Shown here piece after piece: positions 27,793-37,686 of a stretch of 64,000 nt of DNA. The position numbers and the translations under genes are program-made. Within the stretch, counting starts at the first letter, position 1. Every line of letters begins with the position of its first letter. The DNA is from a virus. Lineage: Duplodnaviria; Heunggongvirae; Uroviricota; Caudoviricetes. Location: positions 15,648 to 79,647 of IMG/VR virus record IMGVR_UViG_3300049988_000008. One strand, written 5' to 3'. The notes under the pieces were generated by a model. It was not told the origin of the DNA. It worked only from the letters and a program-made list of their open reading frames with translations, and did not search any database.

Positions 27793-28587
27793 TTATGCCC
27801 ACTGATCTACAGCAGACTGAACTGCTTGTGCATCAGTCAGTGGACTGAAGACAGTGTTCTGATAGCTGGCCGACTTGAGGAACTTTCCTTTGGGTGCATC
27901 AGGCTGATCTTGAGCAGATTTTACGATCATAGTAGGGTACTGCCCTTCACTGTAAGTAAATGCTACCCCTTTGCTTTCATGCAAAGCAACTGTAGCTTCC
28001 CAATCAGCTTCGTCTTTGACGAAGCGAGTCATCACGCCTTTGATCACAGCATCCATATCGGCATACTGTTGATCAACGTCCAGGCCAAGACGTGACGATA
28101 CGTTCTTGGCTGCCCAGATCACCAGACCGATACGAGTGACCGTTGAAGTCAGATTACGTTCAGCCACTGCTGCCATCAGATACTCGTATGAAGTGATCAG
28201 TGTTTGCATCGGATGAATGACTGACAGCATGCTTGGAATAGGTGCACCTGTACTGATGCTTTTAAGCACATCGTGTTCATAATCCATGTCATAGCCAATG
28301 AAATGCAAGCCACCGTAGGCGAACACACGGATGTCACACAGCGCATCACGAACTTCGATGACTGAACCGCTTGCAAGCGCATTGGCCAGTTCAATGATTT
28401 CGTCTTTGATGTTTCGCAGTTGAGCGGACAGACGTTCCCACAGTGGCTGGTCGTACACCACATCACGCAAGCCTGGAGCGCTTGACTTGCCGCGATAGTC
28501 ATCTGGATTACCCTTCATATTATTGAAGGCTGTGTTCATTGCCGACACGAGCGCGAACTCGCTGACACGTTTGGTTTCTTGAGTCAT
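27793..28587 (-). CDS. Hypothetical protein with an N-terminal MazG-like NTP-pyrophosphohydrolase motif region
   Basis: IKDEIIELANAL...EVRDALCDIRVFAYG resembles the paired EExxE/D helices of MazG-type enzymes. Confidence 0.35.
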   Translation of the reverse strand: MTQETKRVSEFALVSAMNTAFNNMKGNPDDYRGKSSAPGLRDVVYDQPLWERLSAQLRNIKDEIIELANALASGSVIEVRDALCDIRVFAYGGLHFIGYDMDYEHDVLKSISTGAPIPSMLSVIHPMQTLITSYEYLMAAVAERNLTSTVTRIGLVIWAAKNVSSRLGLDVDQQYADMDAVIKGVMTRFVKDEADWEATVALHESKGVAFTYSEGQYPTMIVKSAQDQPDAPKGKFLKSASYQNTVFSPLTDAQAVQSAVDQWA

Positions 28588-28634
28588 GGTATTCCTTTAC
28601 AGGGGGAGATGCGCCCCGAAGGGCGCGGTGGATA

Positions 28635-30779
28635 TTACGGACGCTTGGCGATAGCGCCGGTCACGGTCTTCATGATGGTGCTGTACAACTCTGCTTCGTC
28701 CAGCTTGTCAGGCAACTTGTCGTTCAGTGCGAACAGACGTTGACGGACTTGCTCGATATCGAAGCCAGCATCCACGAAGATCATGGCGTAGCGCAACAGC
28801 ATGTTATTGCGATTGCCGTCACCAATGCTCTTGATGGCCCAGCGTTCCAAGTTGTCCATGGACTGCTGATCTTGCAGGACACGTTTGCGTTCTTCATTCT
28901 TACTGGTTTTCGGAATGAAAGGCAGCACGTCCAGCAACTCACCTTCGCCGTACTCGAAGTGCATATCCCATGACATCCACTTGCGTGCACGTTGATGGGT
29001 CTGCTCATCGACTTCGAATGGAAGCCATTCGAATACGTTCTTCATGAACTCCTTGTAGTCCTTGGCGTCCAGCTTGAGCGTATAGTTCATCGGCAAGATG
29101 ATACGGAAACGATTCTCTTCTTCCGTATGGCGCTTGGTCGTGTAGATCAGGTACTTGTACCCTTCCAACAACATCTTGGCAGTACTGATTGGCACAGTAC
29201 CGTCCACATCAATGGTCAGCAGATTAAAGCCCTGGATTGCGTCCTCTTCTGCACGATGGCCATTGACCAAGTGGTGATTCACCCAGTTCATGCCATTGAT
29301 CTGGGTCAGCTTGTGGAGCTTGTCCCATGGCGCGTACTCGTTGTTGTACCCTTCGGCCAGATCGTTGCTGTAGCTCACGATCATGCGATTGGTGTCCGTC
29401 ACATCAAGCGACTCGCCACGCAGGAACTCGATACCATCAGAGAATGCTTTCTTGATGATGATGTTGTTCTTGTAGCCCCATGCCATTGCCAAATTCAGCA
29501 TGTCACTTTTCTGGCTTGCACTGCCCTTGTAGAAAGGCAAGTCTTCAGTCAGATCAGCTTGGGTCACATCACGTTTCACGGACGCGAGATACTTGGCCAG
29601 CTTGACCCATGCACGGTCACGGGTAAGCAGCTTGTTGAAAGCCTCGCCCGATTCCTCTGCCAGTTTGATGGCGTTGTACACGTGGTCTTCAGTCACTTCC
29701 GGGGAGTCATCCACGAAAGCGTAGGCACCAGCAAGCTTGAGTGCCTTGAAGTAGCGATGTGAAATCTCCGCAGCTTTGATGGCTTCATGCTCTGGCAGGG
29801 AACGTGCAATCTTCTCGCAGTTCATCTTGTACTCGATGAGCGTGAGAGTAGTCTGCCGCGTCATCATCAGCTTCTTATTGAAGTGGCTGATGTCAGCCAG
29901 TTGTTCCAGCGTGTAAGCCAACTGTTCAAGGAACTCGTTGCTGTCACGATTGGTCAACTGATCGAGGACTTGCTCAGGTGTTTGTTCCACATCCTGATTG
30001 GACACACGGCTGTAGCCGAAGAAACACCGGCGTGCGAAGCCAGTCTCCAACATGGAGTACAGTTCTTCTTCAACCTTAGCACCATCCAGCAGTTTCGCTG
30101 GTGTACCGAACAGCAGCATGTTGGTCGGAGTACGGCCTTTGATTTCCTCGTTCCGTTTGCTGTCCGCTGTGTTCTTGATCAGCTTGACCTTGACATCACC
30201 AACGTCGAACAGTTCAAGGAACGTGTTGAGCACTTCTTGATTGGCGAGCAGGTTCGAACCAATCTCGTCAATCTGGAGGTTCATGGAACCAGAGTTGCCC
30301 ATCAGCAGTTTGTGACGCAACTGCTTCACAGCTGGACTCGTACCTGAGTCAAAGCTGAAGACCAGTGAACCGAGTTCATCGAACTCTTTCTGGACTTTGA
30401 TCAACTCATCTTCAGGGTCCGTGCCTTTACGAACAGCACGTTTATTGGCCAGCAATGGCAGGTTGTTCTCTGCCAAAGTTGGGTAGGTTTCTTCGAGGAA
30501 CTTGTGACGGAATTTCTGGATCACTTGGTTTTCCAGAATGTTGGTCGAGTACCCTTTACCTGAACCAGACGTACCGAGGTTCAGTGCGTACAGGTTCACC
30601 GGGATGTTGCCACGTTCCATTGTGGTAATCTCGGTGCGCATCATGGATGCGATCAAAGCGAAGTAATACCCTGCTTGTACACGGAAGAACAGCGGGTTCG
30701 GATTCTGCGTCTTCTCTTGCAGAATGCTTACCAGCTTCTCCGTGGTCGGATGGTATTCCATCTCATCGAATGTTTTCAT
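28635..30779 (-). CDS. Putative DNA primase / replication initiation protein (N4 primase-like slot)
   Basis: 714-aa ORF containing the P-loop-like GTSGSGKGYS. It sits between the nuclease and the ATPase/SSB genes, which is the usual place for primase in Schitoviridae. Confidence 0.4.
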   Translation of the reverse strand: MKTFDEMEYHPTTEKLVSILQEKTQNPNPLFFRVQAGYYFALIASMMRTEITTMERGNIPVNLYALNLGTSGSGKGYSTNILENQVIQKFRHKFLEETYPTLAENNLPLLANKRAVRKGTDPEDELIKVQKEFDELGSLVFSFDSGTSPAVKQLRHKLLMGNSGSMNLQIDEIGSNLLANQEVLNTFLELFDVGDVKVKLIKNTADSKRNEEIKGRTPTNMLLFGTPAKLLDGAKVEEELYSMLETGFARRCFFGYSRVSNQDVEQTPEQVLDQLTNRDSNEFLEQLAYTLEQLADISHFNKKLMMTRQTTLTLIEYKMNCEKIARSLPEHEAIKAAEISHRYFKALKLAGAYAFVDDSPEVTEDHVYNAIKLAEESGEAFNKLLTRDRAWVKLAKYLASVKRDVTQADLTEDLPFYKGSASQKSDMLNLAMAWGYKNNIIIKKAFSDGIEFLRGESLDVTDTNRMIVSYSNDLAEGYNNEYAPWDKLHKLTQINGMNWVNHHLVNGHRAEEDAIQGFNLLTIDVDGTVPISTAKMLLEGYKYLIYTTKRHTEEENRFRIILPMNYTLKLDAKDYKEFMKNVFEWLPFEVDEQTHQRARKWMSWDMHFEYGEGELLDVLPFIPKTSKNEERKRVLQDQQSMDNLERWAIKSIGDGNRNNMLLRYAMIFVDAGFDIEQVRQRLFALNDKLPDKLDEAELYSTIMKTVTGAIAKRP

Positions 30780-30803
30780 AGGGGGATGTTCCTACCTTAG
30801 AAG

Positions 30804-31796
30804 TTAAAGAACCAGTCGGCCTTGCTTGATCAGGTCGTCCTTCTGGGTGCACACTGGGAAAGCTGAACAGTACTTACATGCTTTGACTTGGCCAGTGACT
30901 TCCTTGACCAAACCTTGTCCCTTACCTTCATTGCTCATGTAGAGCAGGGCTGAGGCACGGTCTGGGAAGTTCTTGGTTGAGCGTTTGGTGGTATCACCGC
31001 TCTTGTAGTACTTGAAGACTGGATCACTTACCCACAGGTCTTCTTCTTGACACAGAGGCAACGTCGCTTCATCTGCGTCCATGTTGGCTTCAATTTCATT
31101 GAGCTTACGCTGAATGATACTATCCATCCGTGTTGGCGGGATCAACTCAAGCGTCTGAGCATGGAACCGTTGTTTTGGGTAGTTTGGATCAGCTGCGACT
31201 TGACTTGCACGCCAATCCATGAAGATATGGATGATCTTCATTGTAGGCTTGGTGATCAGTACAGGATCAAGCCACCAGTAAATACTGCCTTGCATGATCT
31301 GCTTGTCACTGTTGACTTGGTTCATGTACGACCAAACGGATGCTGACTTGAAGTCTTGGACTTCACCTTCAGCAACGAAGTCAAACTTACCAGTCACCGT
31401 CCACTTGCCAACCTTCTTGGTCAAACGTTGTTCCAGGTAGACTGGAATGATCGTTGGATCACGCTCCAAATCTTTCTTATCTGGATTGATGCGAACACGT
31501 TCGATCACGCGCTTTGGATAACCAAGTGCATCCATTGCACGTACGTGATTGGTTTCCCATGCACGTTGAATGGCGTCATGCATTGCAGCGCCAAGACGAT
31601 TACTCATCTGTGCTGGAAGATCGACCAATGCTTGGGTGTTGTCCACTCGCATTGGCAGGATGATCTGACGCAATGGTTTCAACAGTGTGGTTGCACTGAT
31701 GGTGAATGGTTCACTGTTGTAGTCGTAGTAGTCACTGGCCAGAAAGACCGCCAGTGAAAGCGGAACCTCCGACGAGTTTGTGTACTTCTGTGGCAT
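30804..31796 (-). CDS. PD-(D/E)XK nuclease, Cas4/RecB-like, with a C-terminal Cys cluster
   Basis: A C-terminal CKYCSAFPVC plus an upstream Cys is typical of Fe-S Cas4/AddB-type exonucleases. A strong SD AAGGAGG precedes the ATG. Confidence 0.5.
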   Translation of the reverse strand: MPQKYTNSSEVPLSLAVFLASDYYDYNSEPFTISATTLLKPLRQIILPMRVDNTQALVDLPAQMSNRLGAAMHDAIQRAWETNHVRAMDALGYPKRVIERVRINPDKKDLERDPTIIPVYLEQRLTKKVGKWTVTGKFDFVAEGEVQDFKSASVWSYMNQVNSDKQIMQGSIYWWLDPVLITKPTMKIIHIFMDWRASQVAADPNYPKQRFHAQTLELIPPTRMDSIIQRKLNEIEANMDADEATLPLCQEEDLWVSDPVFKYYKSGDTTKRSTKNFPDRASALLYMSNEGKGQGLVKEVTGQVKACKYCSAFPVCTQKDDLIKQGRLVL

Positions 31797-31842
31797 AAAG
31801 CCTCCTTGGTAGTTCAGAACAGCGCCGGAGGGCGCACTTACA

Positions 31843-32196
31843 TTACTTCATCAACTCAAGATACCGAGTTAATGTGTCACGAGCTTCACGTACGTCATCT
31901 CGGAATGTCTTACCGCCAGTACGGCTTCCGGGTACGAGTAGCTTTTTACGTGCGTGGATGATGCAGCCAGTTGGATCGTCTACAGGGAACATGAGGTTCA
32001 CTGCATACGTATCAACTTCTTCCATTCCATTTGGAATTGGCTTGTAGTACTTGGGATACTTCTGTGACATGGGCATGTCAGTGTCACGGCGTGACGGTAC
32101 TTCACTATCCTGCACAGGATGCAGGATGTGTTGTGCGCAACGAACTCCACCTTGAACAGCAGAAGACTTGCAGCCGGTATGCATACAAACGGACAT
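31843..32196 (-). CDS. DUF3310-like phage protein
   Basis: YAVNLMFPVDDPTGCIIHARKKLL...DVREARDTLTRYLEL matches the conserved core of DUF3310-family proteins. Confidence 0.45.
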   Translation of the reverse strand: MSVCMHTGCKSSAVQGGVRCAQHILHPVQDSEVPSRRDTDMPMSQKYPKYYKPIPNGMEEVDTYAVNLMFPVDDPTGCIIHARKKLLVPGSRTGGKTFRDDVREARDTLTRYLELMK

Positions 32197-32255
32197 TTGA
32201 TTTCCTTGGGAGGGAATGAAGCCAGAATTAACTGGCTTCAGGTGGTAGGATTTAC

Positions 32256-34019
32256 TTAAGCAGAACAGGATTCACATTCGTCTTTCACGATCACACCAAC
32301 CATGGAGTAGGCGTAATACTGTGACAGACAATGTTTCGACAACAGTACCTTGGTCATGAGTCGTGCAAACTTTTCTTCGATGTCGTCTTCTTGACCACCG
32401 ATGTAAAAGTTCAACGACTGACCTTGGCATGTATGTGGTTGACGGTGTTCATGCTGGCGCAGAAGAATCTCCTGATCCATTTCGAACCCGTTGAGGAACA
32501 CCAGCTTCTCATGATCAGTCAACCAATCAACGTGTTGCACGCTGCCCAGATGGTTGATGATATCGGTGACAGTCTCTTTCGAGTAGACACCATACTTCTT
32601 CATGCGCTTGTGAATCTCTTGTGGGATACGACGCAGTTCACCTACCGATGAACCAGCTTCGTACACCATACCCGGATCAGGGAACCACGATTCCGATACA
32701 CCACCCATGAGAACTGACGTGCTCTTGGTAGGTGCATAGGCGATGCGGTGAGTCATGGCTTCGCCACTACCCTTGCACCATTCAGGTTCTCCGAATTCCT
32801 GTGCAAGCCACTTCGATGCACGCAATGATTCATCATCCAGATGTTTCGCAATCTCACGATTGAGGAAACTGGCTTCCAGACCGATGAATGGAATGTCCTT
32901 CGATTGCAGGTAGGTATGCCAACCCATTGCGCTCAGGCCAACAGCTTGACCCATGATGGTGAAGTTACGTACCTTCTCCATACCTGGAACACCTTTCGAC
33001 TTCTCGATGAACTCTTGAGTCAGGCACCACAGGAAGACGGTGGCAATGAATACTGCTTCACTGGTTTTGATGCGATCCCAATGCAGCAGATTCACCGAAG
33101 ACAGAATGCACGAGAATGTGTATTCCTCGGACGAGTGCAACATGATTTCTGTACACAGATTCGATGCCTTGATGTACAGATCACGTTCGACGTAGCACTT
33201 CGGACGGTGACGATTGGCTTCATCAATCTTGAAGATGTAGCCTTTGCCAGTGACCAGCTTGACATACAGTGCTTTGGACCAACGACGATTGGCTTCCTTG
33301 TCGTCAGCAATCAGCTTCTCGATGAATGTATCGTGAATGATCCACCCATAGTTCTTGCCGTTGTTGTCTGCCAACAGTTGATCAATGGCTTCATCCCAAT
33401 CAGGATGCTCGATGTCGAGATAAGCACCGATCGAACCACGACGATTACCGCCTTGGCTGATCTTGGCCGCAGTGGTGAAGAAGTCATTGATGACATCCAC
33501 CGGACCATTGGCCACACCATTGCCATTGAACACCGAGCCACGTGGACGAATGTCACTGAAGTCTGCCGATGTACCGAAGGCTTGCTTACACAACAGTGCC
33601 ATCTCATGCAGATTGCCGTAGAACGAATCCACGTTGTCGGCAACGTACTGACCCGAACACGAAACCATCATGCCCCGATTGGTGCCGGTGTTAGCCAGCA
33701 CAGGTGATGCAGGTGACAGCACACCATCCCACATTTCTTGGAAGAACAGCTTCTCAAACTTTGCTGCATGCTTGCCAAGATGACGCGCCAAGGTTTTGGC
33801 AATCGTCTGATGGCGTCCACGCAACCAGTCTTCACCCGGTACAGCGTACTTCTTCTTGAACATCTGCCAACCCGGAGTGATGTACCACTCAGGCAGAGAG
33901 CCTTGGGCTTGCAGTTGCTTACGCTCATCACTGAGCAGTTCATACTCTTGCAAGAACTGATCAATGGATGGTTCGTTTTCAGGAACGATGTGGGTTTGAA
34001 CGTTGGTTTGTGGTGTCAT
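32256..34019 (-). CDS. nrdA: Ribonucleotide reductase class I alpha subunit (short form, no ATP cone)
   Basis: Active-site motif NLCTEI (Cys-Glu of the thiyl radical site), two C-terminal cysteines (CESCS), and a 587-aa length. Confidence 0.75.
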   Translation of the reverse strand: MTPQTNVQTHIVPENEPSIDQFLQEYELLSDERKQLQAQGSLPEWYITPGWQMFKKKYAVPGEDWLRGRHQTIAKTLARHLGKHAAKFEKLFFQEMWDGVLSPASPVLANTGTNRGMMVSCSGQYVADNVDSFYGNLHEMALLCKQAFGTSADFSDIRPRGSVFNGNGVANGPVDVINDFFTTAAKISQGGNRRGSIGAYLDIEHPDWDEAIDQLLADNNGKNYGWIIHDTFIEKLIADDKEANRRWSKALYVKLVTGKGYIFKIDEANRHRPKCYVERDLYIKASNLCTEIMLHSSEEYTFSCILSSVNLLHWDRIKTSEAVFIATVFLWCLTQEFIEKSKGVPGMEKVRNFTIMGQAVGLSAMGWHTYLQSKDIPFIGLEASFLNREIAKHLDDESLRASKWLAQEFGEPEWCKGSGEAMTHRIAYAPTKSTSVLMGGVSESWFPDPGMVYEAGSSVGELRRIPQEIHKRMKKYGVYSKETVTDIINHLGSVQHVDWLTDHEKLVFLNGFEMDQEILLRQHEHRQPHTCQGQSLNFYIGGQEDDIEEKFARLMTKVLLSKHCLSQYYAYSMVGVIVKDECESCSA

Positions 34020-35035
34020 TTGACGAGTTCCTTCACGAAGACGAGCTTGTGCTTCTTGTAGTCCTTACGGTACTGAAGCTGGGTAGTAGCGAAGAAGTCA
34101 GAAATCTTCTTCGTGTTCAGCTGATCGTAGAACCAGCCGGAGATGGAACCAAGCTCACGCTGGAACACTTGACGCAGACCCAGACGCTTGGCGACTTCGT
34201 TGACACGATCCTGAAGGAAGTCGAGGACTTCTTGTTCAGTGACCACGCGATTGCCTGGAATCTCAAACATCTTACGAGTGATGCGAGCATCATGTGCGTA
34301 AGCATCTTCCAGCATCTTGACGATCTTCAGACGCAGAGCCGTCTCTTGTTCAGGTGTATGGTTTCCGGCAGCGATACGCTCTGCTTTGCACACATTGAAC
34401 AGCTTGGCCGAAGCCAGCGAGTGGAAGTTCTCGTCCTTGGTGGAGCCATCAATACCCGACACAAAGTGTGGAATGAAGTTGAAGCCACGGACATTGAAAC
34501 CCTTGAAGAAGCCAAGGATGCTGAACAGAGTTACACCTTCTTTGATTGCCAGAGCGGCAGTCACTTCAAGTGCATCATCGGAAGATACCATCTGTTCAGT
34601 GAAGGCAATCCGATCAGCAAGGACTGGATCGCTTTTCCAGCTGGAGTAAAACTCATCGGTATGGTTTCCCATGACCTTGTTACCGATGGCGTAGAACGGG
34701 GCATGACTACCCAGTTCGACATTGGCGAAACATGCCGCCATCCGTTGGATTTCTGGGCGAGGAAACATGCGAGCGATCTTGCCGCCCCACAGTTCATCAC
34801 CGCCGATCATCAGTTCATACTGCGTGATGATGGCCTGAGCAACGAGAACACCATGGCGTTCTGCTTCGTTGAGGTTGACTTTGAAGTCATTCTCGTCTTC
34901 CTCGACCCCCAGTTCAGCAGCAGGCCAGAAGATGGCTTGCTGTTCGTCGGCTGCTTTGATAGCCCAATCGTAGCGTTCAACATAGGAGTCGGTGGGAGTT
35001 TCGATCTGACTGAGCGGGATTACTGGTTCCGTCAT
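34016..35035 (-). CDS. nrdB: Ribonucleotide reductase class I beta subunit
   Basis: Overlaps nrdA by 4 nt. Ferritin-like diiron helices are present (e.g. EAERHGVLV, FTEQMVSSDD). The start is set at the internal ATG 35035 because the longer ORF would span an upstream terminator hairpin. Confidence 0.65.
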   Translation of the reverse strand: MTEPVIPLSQIETPTDSYVERYDWAIKAADEQQAIFWPAAELGVEEDENDFKVNLNEAERHGVLVAQAIITQYELMIGGDELWGGKIARMFPRPEIQRMAACFANVELGSHAPFYAIGNKVMGNHTDEFYSSWKSDPVLADRIAFTEQMVSSDDALEVTAALAIKEGVTLFSILGFFKGFNVRGFNFIPHFVSGIDGSTKDENFHSLASAKLFNVCKAERIAAGNHTPEQETALRLKIVKMLEDAYAHDARITRKMFEIPGNRVVTEQEVLDFLQDRVNEVAKRLGLRQVFQRELGSISGWFYDQLNTKKISDFFATTQLQYRKDYKKHKLVFVKELVK

Positions 35036-35063
35036 ATTGATCTTTCTACATTTCCAGAGGGAC

Positions 35064-35106
35064 AAAAAAAGAGCCAATGTGCCTCTGGACTGGCGGCACA
35101 TGGCTC
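35064..35106 (-). terminator. Intrinsic terminator after thyX (minus strand)
   Basis: A 12-bp stem (GAGCCAUGUGCC / GGCACAUUGGCUC with one bulge) is followed by UUUUUUU on the minus strand. Confidence 0.55.
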
Positions 35107-35169
35107 AAAACTTCTTCGGTGTCCAATGCTACATGGAAATCCGCATGGACTCAAAGAAATTTTCGCAAA

Positions 35170-35943
35170 TCAGTATTCACCCTTGGTCAGTGCCGCCCAG
35201 CTGACCGGGTACAGCGGTGCAATGATTGCGTCAATCTGCTCGGCAATCATCTGGCTTTCCTTCTGAGCATGGCTGTCAGCCCGCTGGTTGTACAGATTGG
35301 CGAAGGCGTACAACGAACCGGTCAATGCCCAGTGTACTTCGACACCCTGTGGGAGTACGAAGCGTGCCTGTTCTGGAGCAATACCTGCTGCGATCATGGC
35401 ATTGTAGAGATGAATTGCTTCACGGCAATGGCTGGTGTACGTACGTTTCCACGCATCACTATCAGGATGTGCGTCACCACTTCCTTGTTTTTTGTCGGCA
35501 GCAGCTGCACGGAACTCATCAGGTATGTACAGTACTGGTTCAATGCTGATGTACCGACGCGATTCCTCGGACTCGACCATGCCGATCTTGTGCTTGAACA
35601 GCTGTCGTGCGATGGCAACAGGTGCTTCCATACGCAGACTGATATGGGGATGGCCGAACGGAACCCAATGCTCAGGAATCTTGCGCATGTAAACGGCCAG
35701 ATCGTGAGCAGCTTTACGTTGCTCGGCTTGAGAGTCGTTATTGATCACACCAGAGTGACCAATCATGATTATGTCTTCCAGCAGGGCTTCCCAGTCACCT
35801 GACTGCATACCACGAGCCAAGAACCGAATCAGGTTGTGGTTCTGAGCTTCAGTGAAGTTCTCTGCCAGCTTTGCGAAGGACAGACGTGCGAAGTTCGCTA
35901 CGTCCATGTCTGTGAGGTAATGATTCTGGTATTCAACTTTCAT
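35170..35943 (-). CDS. thyX: Flavin-dependent thymidylate synthase
   Basis: ThyX-like motifs ...HKIGMVESEESRRYISI (RHR..S..SxRY-type) and AHDLAVY. The start is at the internal ATG 35943, which has the SD-like AAAGGAAT. Confidence 0.55.
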   Translation of the reverse strand: MKVEYQNHYLTDMDVANFARLSFAKLAENFTEAQNHNLIRFLARGMQSGDWEALLEDIIMIGHSGVINNDSQAEQRKAAHDLAVYMRKIPEHWVPFGHPHISLRMEAPVAIARQLFKHKIGMVESEESRRYISIEPVLYIPDEFRAAAADKKQGSGDAHPDSDAWKRTYTSHCREAIHLYNAMIAAGIAPEQARFVLPQGVEVHWALTGSLYAFANLYNQRADSHAQKESQMIAEQIDAIIAPLYPVSWAALTKGEY

Positions 35944-36006
35944 GGGAGAAATTCCTTTAGAATGGGGGTTTAAGCGCAGGATTGCGCACTCACAACGGAG
36001 TTCTGT

Positions 36007-37686
36007 ATGTCTTGTGACAATAATGTTTGTGGTGTAGGTGGTTGGGGAGGTCCGTTGCCGGGTGATCCTGACAACAACATCACGATCAATGCACGTACGG
36101 TGTTCAGTGGCATCAATGTGGTGTGGTCCTACCCTAATGTGAACGGTTTCGCCGTTGCGCATAGTATCTTGTATCGTGGGGTTAGTGCTGACTTCGCTAA
36201 GGCGATTGAGCTGGCTCGTGTAGGTAGCAGCATCTATCTTGACGCTTTGTCACCTACGCAACCAACCACGTATTACTACTGGGTACGTACCATCTCTATC
36301 AATGGCACGATCAATGATCCTATTGGTCCTGCTTCTGCCACAGCGATCCCTATTGGTGAGCAGACACTTGAGTCATTGACTGGCTTGATCGATGAAAGCA
36401 TCTTGGCTCAAGCCCTCAAGACTCGAATTGATGGCATCACGTTAAACCATGATGCATTGGTCAAGGAAATCAAAGATCGTCTTGCCGCTAATGTGGCACT
36501 TCAGAATGCACTCACTGCTGTTCGTGGTGGTGTCGATGAGGCTTTAGCCTACATTCTGGATGAAACTACGAAACGTATTGATGCTGATGGCGCTATGGTC
36601 AATCGGATCAACGCTATTGCTGTTGGCTTGAATGACAATGCTGCTGCTATCGTTGAAGAGAAAACTGTTCGTGTCGGTAAAGATGATGCGATGGCAAAGC
36701 AAATCAGTACTCTGTTTGTTGAGACAGGTAAGAATGCAGCTGCGATCATCAATGAACAAGAAGTTCGTAGCGACCGCGACAGCGCGTTAGCGCGTGACGT
36801 GGTGTCTTTGTACGCTGAGACAAGTAACAATCGCTCTGCTATTTCAAATGAACGGAGTGCTCGTACCAGTGCTGATAGTGCGTTGGCTTTGGATATTAAT
36901 CAACTATCCGTCAATGTAGGTAACAGCCTTGCTGCGGTCAATCAAACGACAAGTGCACTGAGTACACGTGTTGAAGCGGTTGCTACGTCAACAACTACGC
37001 TTGAGTCTCGACTGAACGGCAATATTGCAACAGTCGAACAGAATATGACCACCAAAGTCAACTCGTTGACTGGTGAAATTAATTCGATGTGGACTGCCAA
37101 GGTTCAAGTGAACAACTTGATTGGTGGTTTTGGTTTGGCAAATAACGGTCGTGTAGTCGATGCTGGCTTTGATGTAGATCGTTTCTGGGTAGGTCGTACA
37201 AGCGAGAATGCTGTAAAGCCATTCATCGTCAGTGGTGGTGCGGTCTATATTGATGATGCCCGTATTCGTAACGCGTCAATTGACACACTGAAGGTTGGTG
37301 GCAGTGCTATCACTGGCTTGAGTGTGGGTAACGGTGGCGGGGGTGTACCTGCCAGTGGTTCCAGTGTGCTGGCGTATGCTGGACTTTCTATGCCTTCAGG
37401 TAGCTCAGGTGTGGTCGTCAGTGCAACTGTCAGTATCTACTGTAGCGATAATGCATCGGCTACTCTGACCATCTATAAAGATGGCAACCCTATTGGTTCT
37501 ACAGGGGTCTCGGTACTTGGTGGTTTTCATACCACTGCGTCATACACTGCACTGGATACCAATCCAAGCAATGGCTATGCAACGTACTCATTAGGCGTAT
37601 CCAATCCGGGTAATGGTGTCCCTGGCGGCAACAAGAGTCTCTCTATTGCCAGTTGTACAATTGTAGCGAGTGGAGCTAAACGATGA
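36007..37686 (+). CDS. Tail fiber / host-specificity protein (FN3-like N-terminal domain, coiled-coil, J-like C-terminal part)
   Basis: The N-terminal region is FN3-like (...YYYWVRTISINGTINDPIGPASA). A long Ala/Asn-rich heptad region follows. The C-terminal VYIDDARIRNASIDTLKVGGSAI resembles the lambda J / prophage host-specificity distal region. Confidence 0.5.
   Translation: MSCDNNVCGVGGWGGPLPGDPDNNITINARTVFSGINVVWSYPNVNGFAVAHSILYRGVSADFAKAIELARVGSSIYLDALSPTQPTTYYYWVRTISINGTINDPIGPASATAIPIGEQTLESLTGLIDESILAQALKTRIDGITLNHDALVKEIKDRLAANVALQNALTAVRGGVDEALAYILDETTKRIDADGAMVNRINAIAVGLNDNAAAIVEEKTVRVGKDDAMAKQISTLFVETGKNAAAIINEQEVRSDRDSALARDVVSLYAETSNNRSAISNERSARTSADSALALDINQLSVNVGNSLAAVNQTTSALSTRVEAVATSTTTLESRLNGNIATVEQNMTTKVNSLTGEINSMWTAKVQVNNLIGGFGLANNGRVVDAGFDVDRFWVGRTSENAVKPFIVSGGAVYIDDARIRNASIDTLKVGGSAITGLSVGNGGGGVPASGSSVLAYAGLSMPSGSSGVVVSATVSIYCSDNASATLTIYKDGNPIGSTGVSVLGGFHTTASYTALDTNPSNGYATYSLGVSNPGNGVPGGNKSLSIASCTIVASGAKR

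Noticed and set aside
25968-30347. Plus-strand ORFs 25968..26885, 26973..27689, 28992..29762 and 29787..30347, opposite the SSB, ATPase and primase genes
   Set aside because: They are antisense to minus-strand genes that have clear motifs and RBSs. They lack SDs, and their compositions are unusual (His/Cys/Val-rich). They were rejected as shadows.
32841-35802. Plus-strand ORFs 32841..33707, 33968..35266 and 35077..35802, opposite nrdA, nrdB and thyX
   Set aside because: They are antisense to genes with diagnostic RNR and ThyX motifs and have no translation signals.
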